A stretch of DNA of 64,000 nucleotides, from positions 116,064,001-116,128,000 of the forward strand of contig OZ024743.1 of the NCBI GenBank assembly GCA_964016885.1. The letters run 5' to 3'. The number at the start of each line of letters is the position of its first letter. Position 1 is the first letter of the stretch. The stretch is from Eledone cirrhosa (taxonomy: Eukaryota). Shown here one piece after another: positions 52,166-64,000 of this stretch. Position numbers and translations under genes: made by a program. Below the pieces are notes generated by a model. The model was not told where the DNA came from, searched no databases, and saw only the letters and a list, made by a program, of their open reading frames with translations.

Positions 52166-52531
52166 ATGACAATGAATGTGTATTTACGTGCTACCTTGCG
52201 TGTGGTTTTCGTTTGCAAATTTATGTGTTTATGAGTGTGTGATCACGCTTGTTTCATTATATGTTAGAGAGTTTATGTATGTGTTAGAGAGTATATGTAT
52301 GTATGTGAATGTGTGTGTGTATATATATATATATATATCGAAGTGCACGTGTGTACGCTAGCATCAAAACAAATCGATCGATGTTATTTCATGTTATTGC
52401 CATGTGATTAAATAGATCGAAGGCTATAACAGTTGATCTGTTACGCATTACATCAGATAATTTCTATCACCCAACAATAAACATTACAACTCCAACTATC
52501 TATCACTTTTACAAATAAAATAACAGCAATA

Positions 52532-52635
<104 letters not shown>

Positions 52636-53058
52636 TGTAGTGCTGATAATGTCTGTGCTAGTTAATATTATTATTATTATTGTCGTGTTTGTTGGTGTTG
52701 TTGTTGTTGTTGTTGTGATGATGAGGATGATAATAATAATAGTAATTGTTTCTTTATTGTTGCGTAACTTCAATCTAGGTCTTAGTGAGGAAAGCTATGA
52801 ATATATTGATGATTTGATGTGATGGAAAGAAAAAAGAAATGTCGCTAAATATATATATATATGTATGTATTTATGTATATATGTATTTATGTATGTATGT
52901 ATGTATTTATGTATGTATGTATGTAGGTATACAGAGGAGAGAATGAGAGAGGGGGAGGCAGATGGGGAGTTCAAATGAGAAACTGTAAACATGTTAAAAC
53001 CGGCTTCTAAATGTATATCTTTAGTGATATTTATGTATGCTTATATATATAAATATAA

Positions 53059-53152
<94 letters not shown>

Positions 53153-53655
53153 TTATGTATGTATATAGTGCCTTACGCTTTTGTGTTTTAAGAAGAAATA
53201 TCCCGCTGGTGTAGCTAGTTAGTTATTAGAGTGAGCGAAATACGAAGCTATTTTGTCTTATTAGGGAATATATGTGTGAGAACAGATGTATGGGTATATG
53301 TTAAGTCCTGCTTGATTAGTAGTAATAAAAAAGTTTTAGAAGAAAATGGTAAACGACAACCGGCAATACTGCTTCTATACAACGATAGAGTAAGTGCGTA
53401 ATGCTCTCTCTTTCTATTTTCATTTCTAAACATCAACCCCTTTCCCCAACTAGATTGTTTCGCGTTCTGTATGCATGCGTATTTATGTATGTGTGTGACA
53501 GTGTATATGTGTATGTATGTGTGTGACAGTGTAATTGTGTATGTATGTCTGTATGTGTTTGTCTATCCCATACATTCTTCGCTCTTTCGTTCTCTCTCTC
53601 ATTGTAACACCACTCATTCATACAACACATATATATATGTTGGTGTGTGTATGTA

Positions 53656-53758
<103 letters not shown>

Positions 53759-53759
53759 T

Positions 53760-53790
<31 letters not shown>

Positions 53791-54468
53791 GTATATATGT
53801 ATGTATTTATTTATTTATATCCCACTTACGTCTTCCTCGTTTGTTGCGGAAGAAGCAATTTCCCTTGGTACTTTACGTTTTATTTGTTGTTAAAGGTCTG
53901 CAGCAACAACAACAACAGGAACAACATCGATAAATGATAACAACAGCATCAACACAGTTTTCTCTCTCTATCACCCCTCTCTCTCCCCCTCCATCTCTCC
54001 TTCTCTCCCTCTGTCTCCCTCTCTCTCCGTCTCTCTTATTTTCTCCTGTCCTCACACACGCCCATATACCCACTTTTATAGGTAAAAATACAGTCACATT
54101 TTAAACTCATTCTCGCTTTGTATAATCAGTGCCCATCACAGTCTTTACACTAGTATTGTACTGCGGTTTATTTAACCGACTTTCCACGTTCCCCAAATAA
54201 CTAACCTGGTGCCTAGATTAGAAATTGTTGTTTTGTCACCACACCTACTTAAATGAAAGCAAATATGTTGCATTAGTCATTAAGCAAATGATCAAATATA
54301 TATATGTAAGAGAAGTTTATACTTTACACGAACTAAGCCCCTAAAGATCTGACTTAGTTGTTAGAACTAACAGCTCAAAAATACCATCAAATCGTCTCCT
54401 ATTAATTCTGAGAAGGGAAGGATAATTTGATAATCCCATTATAGCTATAGAAAGTACTTAAAATTAAT

Positions 54469-54651
54469 TGTTTCTACTTTAAGCACAAGGCCAGCAATTA
54501 CCCAGAGCATTACTGGTACTTTATTTTTCGACCCCGTAAGGATGAAAGGCAAAGTCAACCTCGGCGGGATTTCAACTCAGATCGTAAAGGGACGTAACTA
54601 TGCTGGAAAGCATGGCGTCCGACCCTCTACCGATACTGCCAATCCACCGCC
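54469..54651 (-). mobile_element. tRNA-derived SINE (Meta-like domain) with TSD
   Basis: TSD CTTAAAATTAAT at 54457-54468 and 54652-54663. Confidence 0.85.
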
Positions 54652-54773
54652 CTTAAAATTAATAAAGGAAAGAAAGTTCTTGTCTACTACATCTGTGCAG
54701 TCCTGGGTCTAAACAGCAGTAGAATCTATCAAACACTGGTACTGATTCACTCCTAAGTCAATTAACACGCAGC

Positions 54774-54829
<56 letters not shown>

Positions 54830-54923
54830 GAGATGAATGAATACTGCGTGGTTGCATATGGGTTACATACGATAAAAATAGTCCTTCATCAGTGATTTTC
54901 CAACCTTCATTGGTATTTCATCG

Positions 54924-54980
<57 letters not shown>

Positions 54981-56757
54981 ATAATATTAAATGTGAAGTC
55001 TAAAATCCGTTAATGGTGGAAACAGCTATTCTTTGCTTAAACTTTAATCCGTTATTTTAATAAATACACACACACAACACACACGCACACACACACGCAC
55101 ACACACATACACCCCCCACACACACACGCGCACACACGCACACACATACACACACACATATATAAATATATATATATGCAGGATGTCTGTAGATAAAATG
55201 TGAAAGAAAACAATGCTCAATCTATTTCAAGAGAGCTTTTTTAGTATAATTAAAATGTCATACGCATATCATGCATGCTCGACCTTCATGTTAAGCATAT
55301 TAAATTTTAATTATACTTATTTATATTTATGGTAGGCGGTGTAGATGTTTAAATTGCACATAGTCCATGGCAGTTTTATGCGAGTGATGTCTGAGGTAGA
55401 TTCTATACATGAGTTGAGCAGAGTGAGCTGTGGTTAGGATAAAAAGATTAAAGGGTGAAATTATAACAACAATTACTATATTTACCTTGAGGATGTAAGC
55501 TGTTACTGTCTACAAGCCGGTTTATTATGGATTAGTTTCTGTTTAACGGTTAGCATATTTGCATCTAAAATTCTTCATCACACTCTGTTGTTCAGGTTTG
55601 ACAAATTCTTTACCCGTCGGATTGTGCGTACACCTTTTTCCAAACGTCCAGATGACTCCGACGATTCAGAGATGATTCTGGCTTCCTAATGAAATGCGCC
55701 TCTCTTATTCGAAGGCTTATCACGAGAACCAACTCTAAACAAACGTATTGATCCTGATACTTGTAAGCAGTTGTACATATAGTCCAGGGGAAAAGGATTT
55801 GCCAAACATAAACAAGTGTCTGGCGAATGATGTTAGATTAAAAAGCGCTAGCCGCTAAATATTAACTAACCCATACTCGCCAAAATTATGTCATTCTCAA
55901 AAGTATGTCCCTACATTCTGCCACTCAAAAAAGTATGAGAGGAAGATGGCCCTTAACTTCTGATGGAGTTGTAGCGACGCTGTCATGACTTAAGGCGTGT
56001 CATTCGCATTTTACTCCCGGCAGAATCCACCCCTCACCACGTTGAAAATGTAAGAAAATGATAGAGATTCAGTGAAGTGATAAAAAAGAATAGGGACCCT
56101 TATAGTCAACTGGTAGTTTTTCTTTTTAAAAAATAGATTACATTTATTTATGGAATATATCATGGAAATACTGTTAATAGAAAAAGAAAAAATATTAGAT
56201 TGAGGAGAAAGAATGGAATGTAAAATAGGAAAATATGAAGAAAAAAGAAAAAAAAACGGTTAAGGGAGGGAACGGGGAAGGTGATTGACCTGTGGGCTTC
56301 GGGCGCAGCCGTAATGGGGCTGCGCCCCGCAGACATTACCGCAAAGGCATTCCTACGGTCAATGGCCAGCGACACGATCTCCAAAAAATGCAAGTTAAAA
56401 GGCAAAGTTGAACAGAGTAGCATTTAAGCTCTCGGAGTTCTATTAGCCTGAGCTGGTGTATTTAATCCGCCAATTCTCCGCCTTCATCCATATATGTACC
56501 TATTCTTTCTTGCTTACCGCAAAAAGCTCTTAATCTACCTATATAAACTAACCTACCTGCCATCTCTCTCTCTCTAACTATCTCACATACACAGACACTT
56601 TTCTGTCTCTATTTCCCTTACTAACTGTTTACCATGTAATTCACCACACATTTTACCTTACTCTCTCTCTCTGACTCTTTGAATGTCTTTGCATCTCGTT
56701 CATTGTTTATGTGTTTGTGTTTCTCTATTGTGTGTGTATATATATATATATATATAT

Positions 56758-57142
<385 letters not shown>

Positions 57143-57143
57143 C

Positions 57144-57359
<216 letters not shown>

Positions 57360-57441
57360 TTATATATATATATGTTAGAAAGTGAGGTTTTTTTTACAAA
57401 ATGAAAAATAACCGAGGTGTCCTACACGAGTGAAAGTATAA

Positions 57442-57730
57442 AGAAAAAGAGATGAAATCGAAAATGCAACTGGAGTCTTATTTTTTTTTTAAATATATAT
57501 ATTTATTTGGTTCCTTTACTGGTTTCGCAGTTCTTCTGCTTTTCAAAAGGTGAGTTGAGATGGAGGGTCTGTGGTTTTTGTCACATCTGAGAAAAACCAC
57601 AGACCCTCCATCTCAACTCACCTTTTGAAAAGCATAAGAACTGCGAAACCGGTAAAGTAACCAAATAAATATATATATTTTTTTTTAAAATAAGACTCCA
57701 GTTGCATTTTCGATTTCATCTCTTTTTCTA
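57442..57730. repeat. ~290-bp palindrome with U3-A8 hammerhead variants in both arms
   Basis: CCTT TTGAAAA GCAG-AAGAA-CTGC GAAA CCAG TA AAGG at 57513-57550(-), counterpart at 57621-57658(+); partial copy at ~10293-10370. Confidence 0.8.
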
Positions 57731-57734
57731 TATA

Positions 57735-57783
<49 letters not shown>

Positions 57784-57816
57784 GTGTGTATATGTATATA
57801 TGTATATGTATATATG

Positions 57817-57889
<73 letters not shown>

Positions 57890-57929
57890 ATATGTATATA
57901 TATATATATGTATATATATATATGTTATG

Positions 57930-58053
<124 letters not shown>

Positions 58054-58298
58054 TGTGTGCGTGTGTGTCAATGTACGTAGGAATCAGTGTATCAATTTTA
58101 TCTATGACTGCCTATCAAACTGTCAGTGCCTATTGAAACAATGTTATGTGTGCGTGAGTGTGTGTACGTGTGTGTGTGTGTATATTTGGCCCACATACAC
58201 CCACACACGGTTAATTCTTTCCATTATCTGACGTCTTTTCTTCTTTCTCTCACTATCTCATTTGTATAGTGTAGAGGACGCAACAACAGAAGCAGCAG

Positions 58299-58438
58299 AA
58301 GAAGACGAAGACGAAGAAGAAGGCGAAGAAGAAGAAGAAGAAGAAGAAGAAGAAGAAGAAGAAGAAGAAGAAGAAGAAGAAGAAGAAGAAGAAGAAGAAG
58401 AAGAAGAAGAAGAAGAAGAAGAAGAAGAAGAAGAAGAA

Positions 58439-58470
<32 letters not shown>

Positions 58471-58471
58471 T
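58299..58471. repeat. (GAA)n/(GAC)n microsatellite
   Basis: Direct observation. Confidence 0.95.
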
Positions 58472-58696
58472 GAGAAACTGCAATGATAGCGATTCCTAGA
58501 GTCAGCAGATTCTTTGCCTACATGCTAGAAATAACAGTCAATTCTTCCTCATTTCCTACATTCTAAAGTCTTATTGAGTTAATCTTGGAAAATATTTGGC
58601 TATAAGTCTGCTTAATCATGGTTTTTATGGGGCTAAACAACAATATAACCAAGATATTACTCATACCATTTAATGGTTTTATATTATATTATTTTG

Positions 58697-58880
58697 GTGA
58701 AGTGGCAGTATCAGCAGAGGGTTGGACGCCATGCTTTCTAGCATAGTTACGCCCCTTTACGGTCTGAGTTCAAATCCCGTCGAGGTTAACTTTGCCTTTC
58801 ATCCTTACGGGGTCGATAAAATAAAGTACCAGTAATGTACTGGATAATTGCTGGCCTTGTGCCAAAAGTAGAAACAATTA
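58697..58880 (+). mobile_element. tRNA-derived SINE (Meta-like domain)
   Basis: High similarity to 59755-59932. Confidence 0.85.
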
Positions 58881-59754
58881 TATTTATTTTACTATGACTT
58901 ATCTTCTTTTCACACTGATATATATATATATATATTTATTCAGGTTTGAGGTTCATCACTTGATAGAGCTGGTCTATTCCGTATGGTCAATCGTAATGTA
59001 ATAATATAGAGAGTACTCAACGTGAAGCAGTTCAACCGTCTTTGTTTTTGTAGTTGGTGGTGCTATTACGGAGTTAAATATTATAATGAAATGACAGGAG
59101 GCTGGATTTGTGTAAATCCTTGAAAGGTTTATTATACTATGAACATTTCAATGTCCGGGTTCCGTATGAATCCGGTGATATAATCAGGTATTCGAAATAT
59201 AATACGTGAAGGTAATAGATAAAATCCATGGGGCTGAAAATCGAGGACCCGAGGGCGATCGCTATCCTGTACCTTCTACCTTAGCCGGTCGCCCTCGAGT
59301 GACGTGGCTAAAGCTTACAGTGTGCTACTACGGGTCAGATAAAGGAAAACAGAAAGGGATGGGAACATAAGTTAGCGTTAATCTCATCCCACAAGACAAA
59401 AGAAAGAAAGAAAGGAGGGAGAGAGAAGAAGGGGGAAGGAAGAAGAAGAGACGCCAGGGTTAATGTCAGCTATAAGAAGAAAGACAGAAAGAAAGAGGAG
59501 GAAAGGTCGGTATTTCAGTCAGGCCAGGATTGCCGCCAAGAATTTTTTTTTATTCTACGGGACCCGTATCTAAACAACTACTACCGGTCAGATATAGGCA
59601 AACAAAAAGGGGGTAGGAAGATAAGTCTGCGGGAGAAAGACAGAAAGAGAGGAGAAGAGAAGGAAGAGAATGAAGAAGTAGAAAAGTAAGGGTTGGTGGC
59701 TACAAGAAGGAAGATAGAAAGAAAGAGGAAGAAAGGTCGATATTAATGTCAGAC

Positions 59755-59932
59755 GGATTGGCAGTATCGGTAGAGGGTCGGACGCCATGCTTTCCAGCAT
59801 AGTTACGTCCCTTTACGATCTGAGTTCAAATCCCGCCGAGGTTGACTTTGCCTTTCATCCTTACGGGGTCGATAAAATAAAGTACCAGTAATGCACTGGG
59901 TAATTGCTGGCCTTGTGCCTAAAGTAGAAACA
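59755..59932 (+). mobile_element. tRNA-derived SINE (Meta-like domain) with TSD
   Basis: TSD ATTAATGTCAGAC at 59742-59754 and 59933-59945; B box GAGTTCAAATCC. Confidence 0.88.
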
Positions 59933-60015
59933 ATTAATGTCAGACTACACTCAGGCCAGGAGTGGCGCGAGAAAATTTTCACAGAGACCCGTATCTTAGC
60001 AGAGGTGAATATATT

Positions 60016-60114
60016 TGTTTCTACTTTAGGCACAAGGCCAGCAAATACCCAGTTCATTACTCGTACTTTATTTTATCGACCCCGTAAGGATGAAAGGCAA
60101 AGTCAACCTCGGCG
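60016..60114 (-). mobile_element. 5'-truncated SINE of the same family with TSD
   Basis: TSD GGTGAATATATT at 60004-60015 and 60115-60126. Confidence 0.85.
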
Positions 60115-60753
60115 GGTGAATATATTGGGGGTCAGTGTGTTATAATGTGTGAGCAGAATATTGGAACGTTACATTTTTGTTTAGACTTATAGGATGAAGT
60201 TAAAAATTAATAATTAATATTTAATATTAAAGAAATTAGAAAATTTAAAGTTAAGCAGTTTAACATTTTAAGGTTGATATATCTAATAGTTCTGATTTGA
60301 TCTGAAGCGGAGAATCATTCGGTTTCCTTGTTAGAATTTTAGTCTACGACTTCAGCTATACCATTTACGTGATTTTGTCTTTGCGTGCAACTGTTCCCCA
60401 CGCACCACATATGACGTATTATCTTCGTTTTTTCCGTTCATTGCCACATAACGTCTCTATGAACCACCTAAGAGAACATTAGTATACGACTTCGTTTATA
60501 CCATAAACGTGGTCCTGTCTTTGCGTGTAATTGTTTTTCACCGCTCCTATTAATGACGTATTATATTCGTTTTCTCCCGTTCTTTGCCAGGGAACGTTCC
60601 ACGAACCAAAGTATCGTCTTCCTGTCTTCCTCCGGTTGCAACGTTCTTTGAAATATCCACTTCTGCGTTTACAGATTGACTTTGTTAATTTCAGAAGATC
60701 CCGTTAAGGGTGAAAGCAACGATTCCTTGCTTAAACTTTAATCTGTTATTTTA

Positions 60754-60817
<64 letters not shown>

Positions 60818-60821
60818 TATA

Positions 60822-61390
60822 CGAGGCCTATGCCTCCGTTAATTTAGCATGATATTTCGCTCCTAATAACAGTCTTTCATAACTCTGTTTGGTTGAGCAC
60901 ACTTCTCTGAGTGGCTTTGGGTTGCCCTTTCTAGCAGTTCGTCCCTCAGAGGCCACTGGTTCACTGCCCTTAAACACGCTGTGACTTCTCTCTCCCACGT
61001 GTAGTTGGACAGTCACTTTTAAAATTATCTTAGTGTTGTCTGAAATGTATAGCCTTACACACGCTGATGAATCGGGGCTAACCCATTTCTTTCAACAAAT
61101 TATTGGTGAAACATATCTTTGGATTTGTATGTGTGTTATATAGTTATAGAGGTATTTATTTACGCTTTAATTTATATTTTTAATTATCGTGTCTATAGTC
61201 TGCCTTTCATAGGTTATCGACTCCATACACTGGTGGTTTTTTCCCTGTTTTATTGATAGCGCACTGTATATCTCTCTCTGGTGCGTTACCTTTGCAACAT
61301 ATTGTATTTTAAAGAGCTCAGGATTTCTTCACTTTGAGCACATTATTTACAGGGAATAGCGAGGGCCTATGCCTCCGTTAATTTATCGTG
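60822..61390 (+). mobile_element. TA-flanked ~570-bp element with terminal direct repeat and internal hammerhead
   Basis: GGCCTATGCCTCCGTTAATTTA at ~60825 and ~61364; hammerhead motif at 61057-61136. Confidence 0.7.
61057..61136 (+). ncRNA. Type I hammerhead ribozyme motif
   Basis: ACACACG CTGATGA ATCGG..TTGGT GAAA CATATC-TTTG-GATTTG TA TGTGTGT. Confidence 0.78.
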
Positions 61391-61457
<67 letters not shown>

Positions 61458-61535
61458 TATATATATATATATATATATATTTCGTTTCTGAATTTGTTTA
61501 GAAAGATTCATATATATATAGAGAGAGAGAGAGAT

Positions 61536-61703
61536 TTCACCGTATTTTTTTTACTAAAGAAATTTTAGTCTGATAATGGGGTTTAGAACCCTCAGATAAA
61601 TGGAAAAAGATGAGTACATCAATACTCATCTTTTTCCATTTATCTGAGGTTTCTAAACCCCATTATCCGACTAAAATGTCTTTAGTAAAAAAAATACGGT
61701 GAA
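61536..61703. repeat. Palindrome related to the tail of the 9.5-kb tRNA-headed element
   Basis: Inverted arms centred ~61619; shares CAATACTCATC..TTTTCCATT..GACTAA..TTTAGT..AAATACGG with 9574-9650. Confidence 0.7.
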
Positions 61704-61837
61704 AGTTATTCTGTTTCTAATTTCAAACCTGCTCACTGTTTCAAAACATACTCACTTGTCATATATATATACACACATATATATATATATATGAAGGAGG
61801 TTATAGTTCACTTGAAGCATTGTGTAATGAGGTATAC

Positions 61838-62068
61838 ACGTTTGAATATGTATAATAAAGCCAAAACAATGCAGGTATGGACATAGAAAAAAGAATGCAA
61901 TTGCAAAAGATATTGTTGACAATTCGTCTTTTACCTTAGATTTATTTTAAAATTTAAAATAAATCTAAGGTAAAAGACGAATTGTCAACAATATCTTTTG
62001 CAATTGCATTCTTTTTTCTATGTCTATACCAGCATTGTTTTGGCTTTATTATACATATTCAAACGTTT
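61838..62068. repeat. Near-perfect ~230-bp palindrome
   Basis: Arms reverse-complementary around ~61952. Confidence 0.9.
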
Positions 62069-62095
62069 ATATATATATATGTATATTCATGTATA

Positions 62096-62329
<234 letters not shown>

Positions 62330-62396
62330 TTTATACTCTGCTATGTATTGAGTACCTTACTTACTGGCGCTACCTCCGATTCAACCCGGAATAACC

Positions 62397-62435
<39 letters not shown>

Positions 62436-62764
62436 TATAAAGAAAGAAGAAACATTAGATATAAATAAAAAGATATAATATACCTAAATTCCTTCATTAT
62501 CTTCGATTTCGTAGTTTGGTGGCTATTATGCAAAAACATTACACCATATAGATGCAGAATTGTTGTGAGTTTTGCCGACTTATCAAGAGGATACCTCATT
62601 TAAAGTTTCAAAACACGTCCGTTGGACTAATCCATTCAGATTATTTCGTCCCTATTAATCATAGAGCAACAACGGTTAAGGTTGGCACCACACAAATTCA
62701 GAGATATATGTGGGTATATGCATGTATATGTATGTATTCGCATGTTCTGTGTATTTCTTTGTAT

Positions 62765-62809
<45 letters not shown>

Positions 62810-63288
62810 TATATATATATATATATCTATATATATATATATATTAATAAGAGGAATTCCAACTTTGTCTGATTTACTCGTTTTATTTACAATCCTTTAA
62901 AATATATAATGGTATTATAATGAAATAGTATGATAGAATATTAAATTCTAAGTGTTAATTGAACAAGTACTTTCATGCTTTCGCAATCTTCAGGTTCATA
63001 ATGTGTGGTGACAGTCAAGTTTGCAATTATATATATATATATATATATATATATCCTCAGGCACTGATGGTGATTATTGCTAAATACTAATATTGATTTG
63101 ATTATCAATATTGGTATTATTGGACACCCACTGTAGAATTATAAGAGTCCACTTGAATATGTATCTGTTGATCTTATACAAACTCCTACATAAATTGGTA
63201 TAATTTCACCCAAATTGTATGAATCTTATAATGAAACGAGACGTCCATCTGGGAAGAGATATATTCGATATGTCTCATATGAAATAAT

Positions 63289-63462
63289 TGTTTCTACTTT
63301 AGGCACAAGACCAGCAATTATCCAGTGCATTACTGGTACTTTATTTTATCGACCCCGTAAGGATGAAAGGTAAAGTCTACCTCGGCGGTATTTGAACTCA
63401 GATCGTAAAGAGACGTAACTATGCTTGAAATCATGGCGTCCGACCCTCTACCGATACTGCCA
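63289..63462 (-). mobile_element. tRNA-derived SINE (Meta-like domain) with TSD
   Basis: TSD ATGAAATAAT at 63279-63288 and 63463-63472. Confidence 0.85.
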
Positions 63463-63604
63463 ATGAAATAATACAGCCAATTTTCCACACAATACAATTA
63501 GTTAGCACCCCGAACGTTTAATTAGGAATATACTCACTTATTTCCTAATGTTTGTTGTGTGAGTTGGGATTTGGCCGGAGTATCGCTAAAAGCTTTCTCT
63601 GATA

Positions 63605-63716
<112 letters not shown>

Positions 63717-63895
63717 CGAGTAGGATTCCCATGTAAATAGGGAGTCGACCACTGTTAAAAAAATCAACTATACGTTAATAGAGTATCGATATATTGTTCA
63801 TTCGTAATAAATCATTCGTAATAAATCATAATAAGACAATTCCTTCCTGGTGATTTTTTATGAATGAAACAAGACTAGCCCTGTAGAAGTCATTC

Positions 63896-63971
<76 letters not shown>

Positions 63972-64000
63972 TACATACTAAACTCAAACATATATGCATA

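Noticed and set aside
54870-54900. CTGATGA on the minus strand as a hammerhead
   Set aside because: No matching GAAA or stems found downstream
58253-58486. Poly-Glu/poly-Phe ORF
   Set aside because: (GAA)n microsatellite with no exon evidence

Overview
AT-rich, (TA)n-saturated eukaryotic non-genic DNA. The SINE types suggest a mollusc, probably an octopod (inference). No host gene is recognisable. The centre (~12.5-46.2 kb) is a single ~33.7 kb array of non-LTR retrotransposons, almost all separated by (AAT)n tracts. Four Tx1/L1-type insertions (APE+RT, two ORFs) all lie on the minus strand. Nine larger R4/Dong-type insertions (RT+RLE, three families) plus two tiny 3' stubs all lie on the plus strand. 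The Tx1 copies carry a candidate 52-53 nt GT-AG intron that would fuse ORF1 to ORF2 in frame, and one copy has a different 5'UTR/ORF1 on a near-identical ORF2. The flanks are full of short TA-embedded fold-back fragments and a ~425-bp tandem/inverted repeat, together carrying about 20 type I hammerhead ribozyme motifs. They also contain a Penelope-like GIY-YIG remnant, tRNA-derived SINEs, a hAT MITE and an RTE fragment. All alignments and folds were done by eye and boundaries are approximate.
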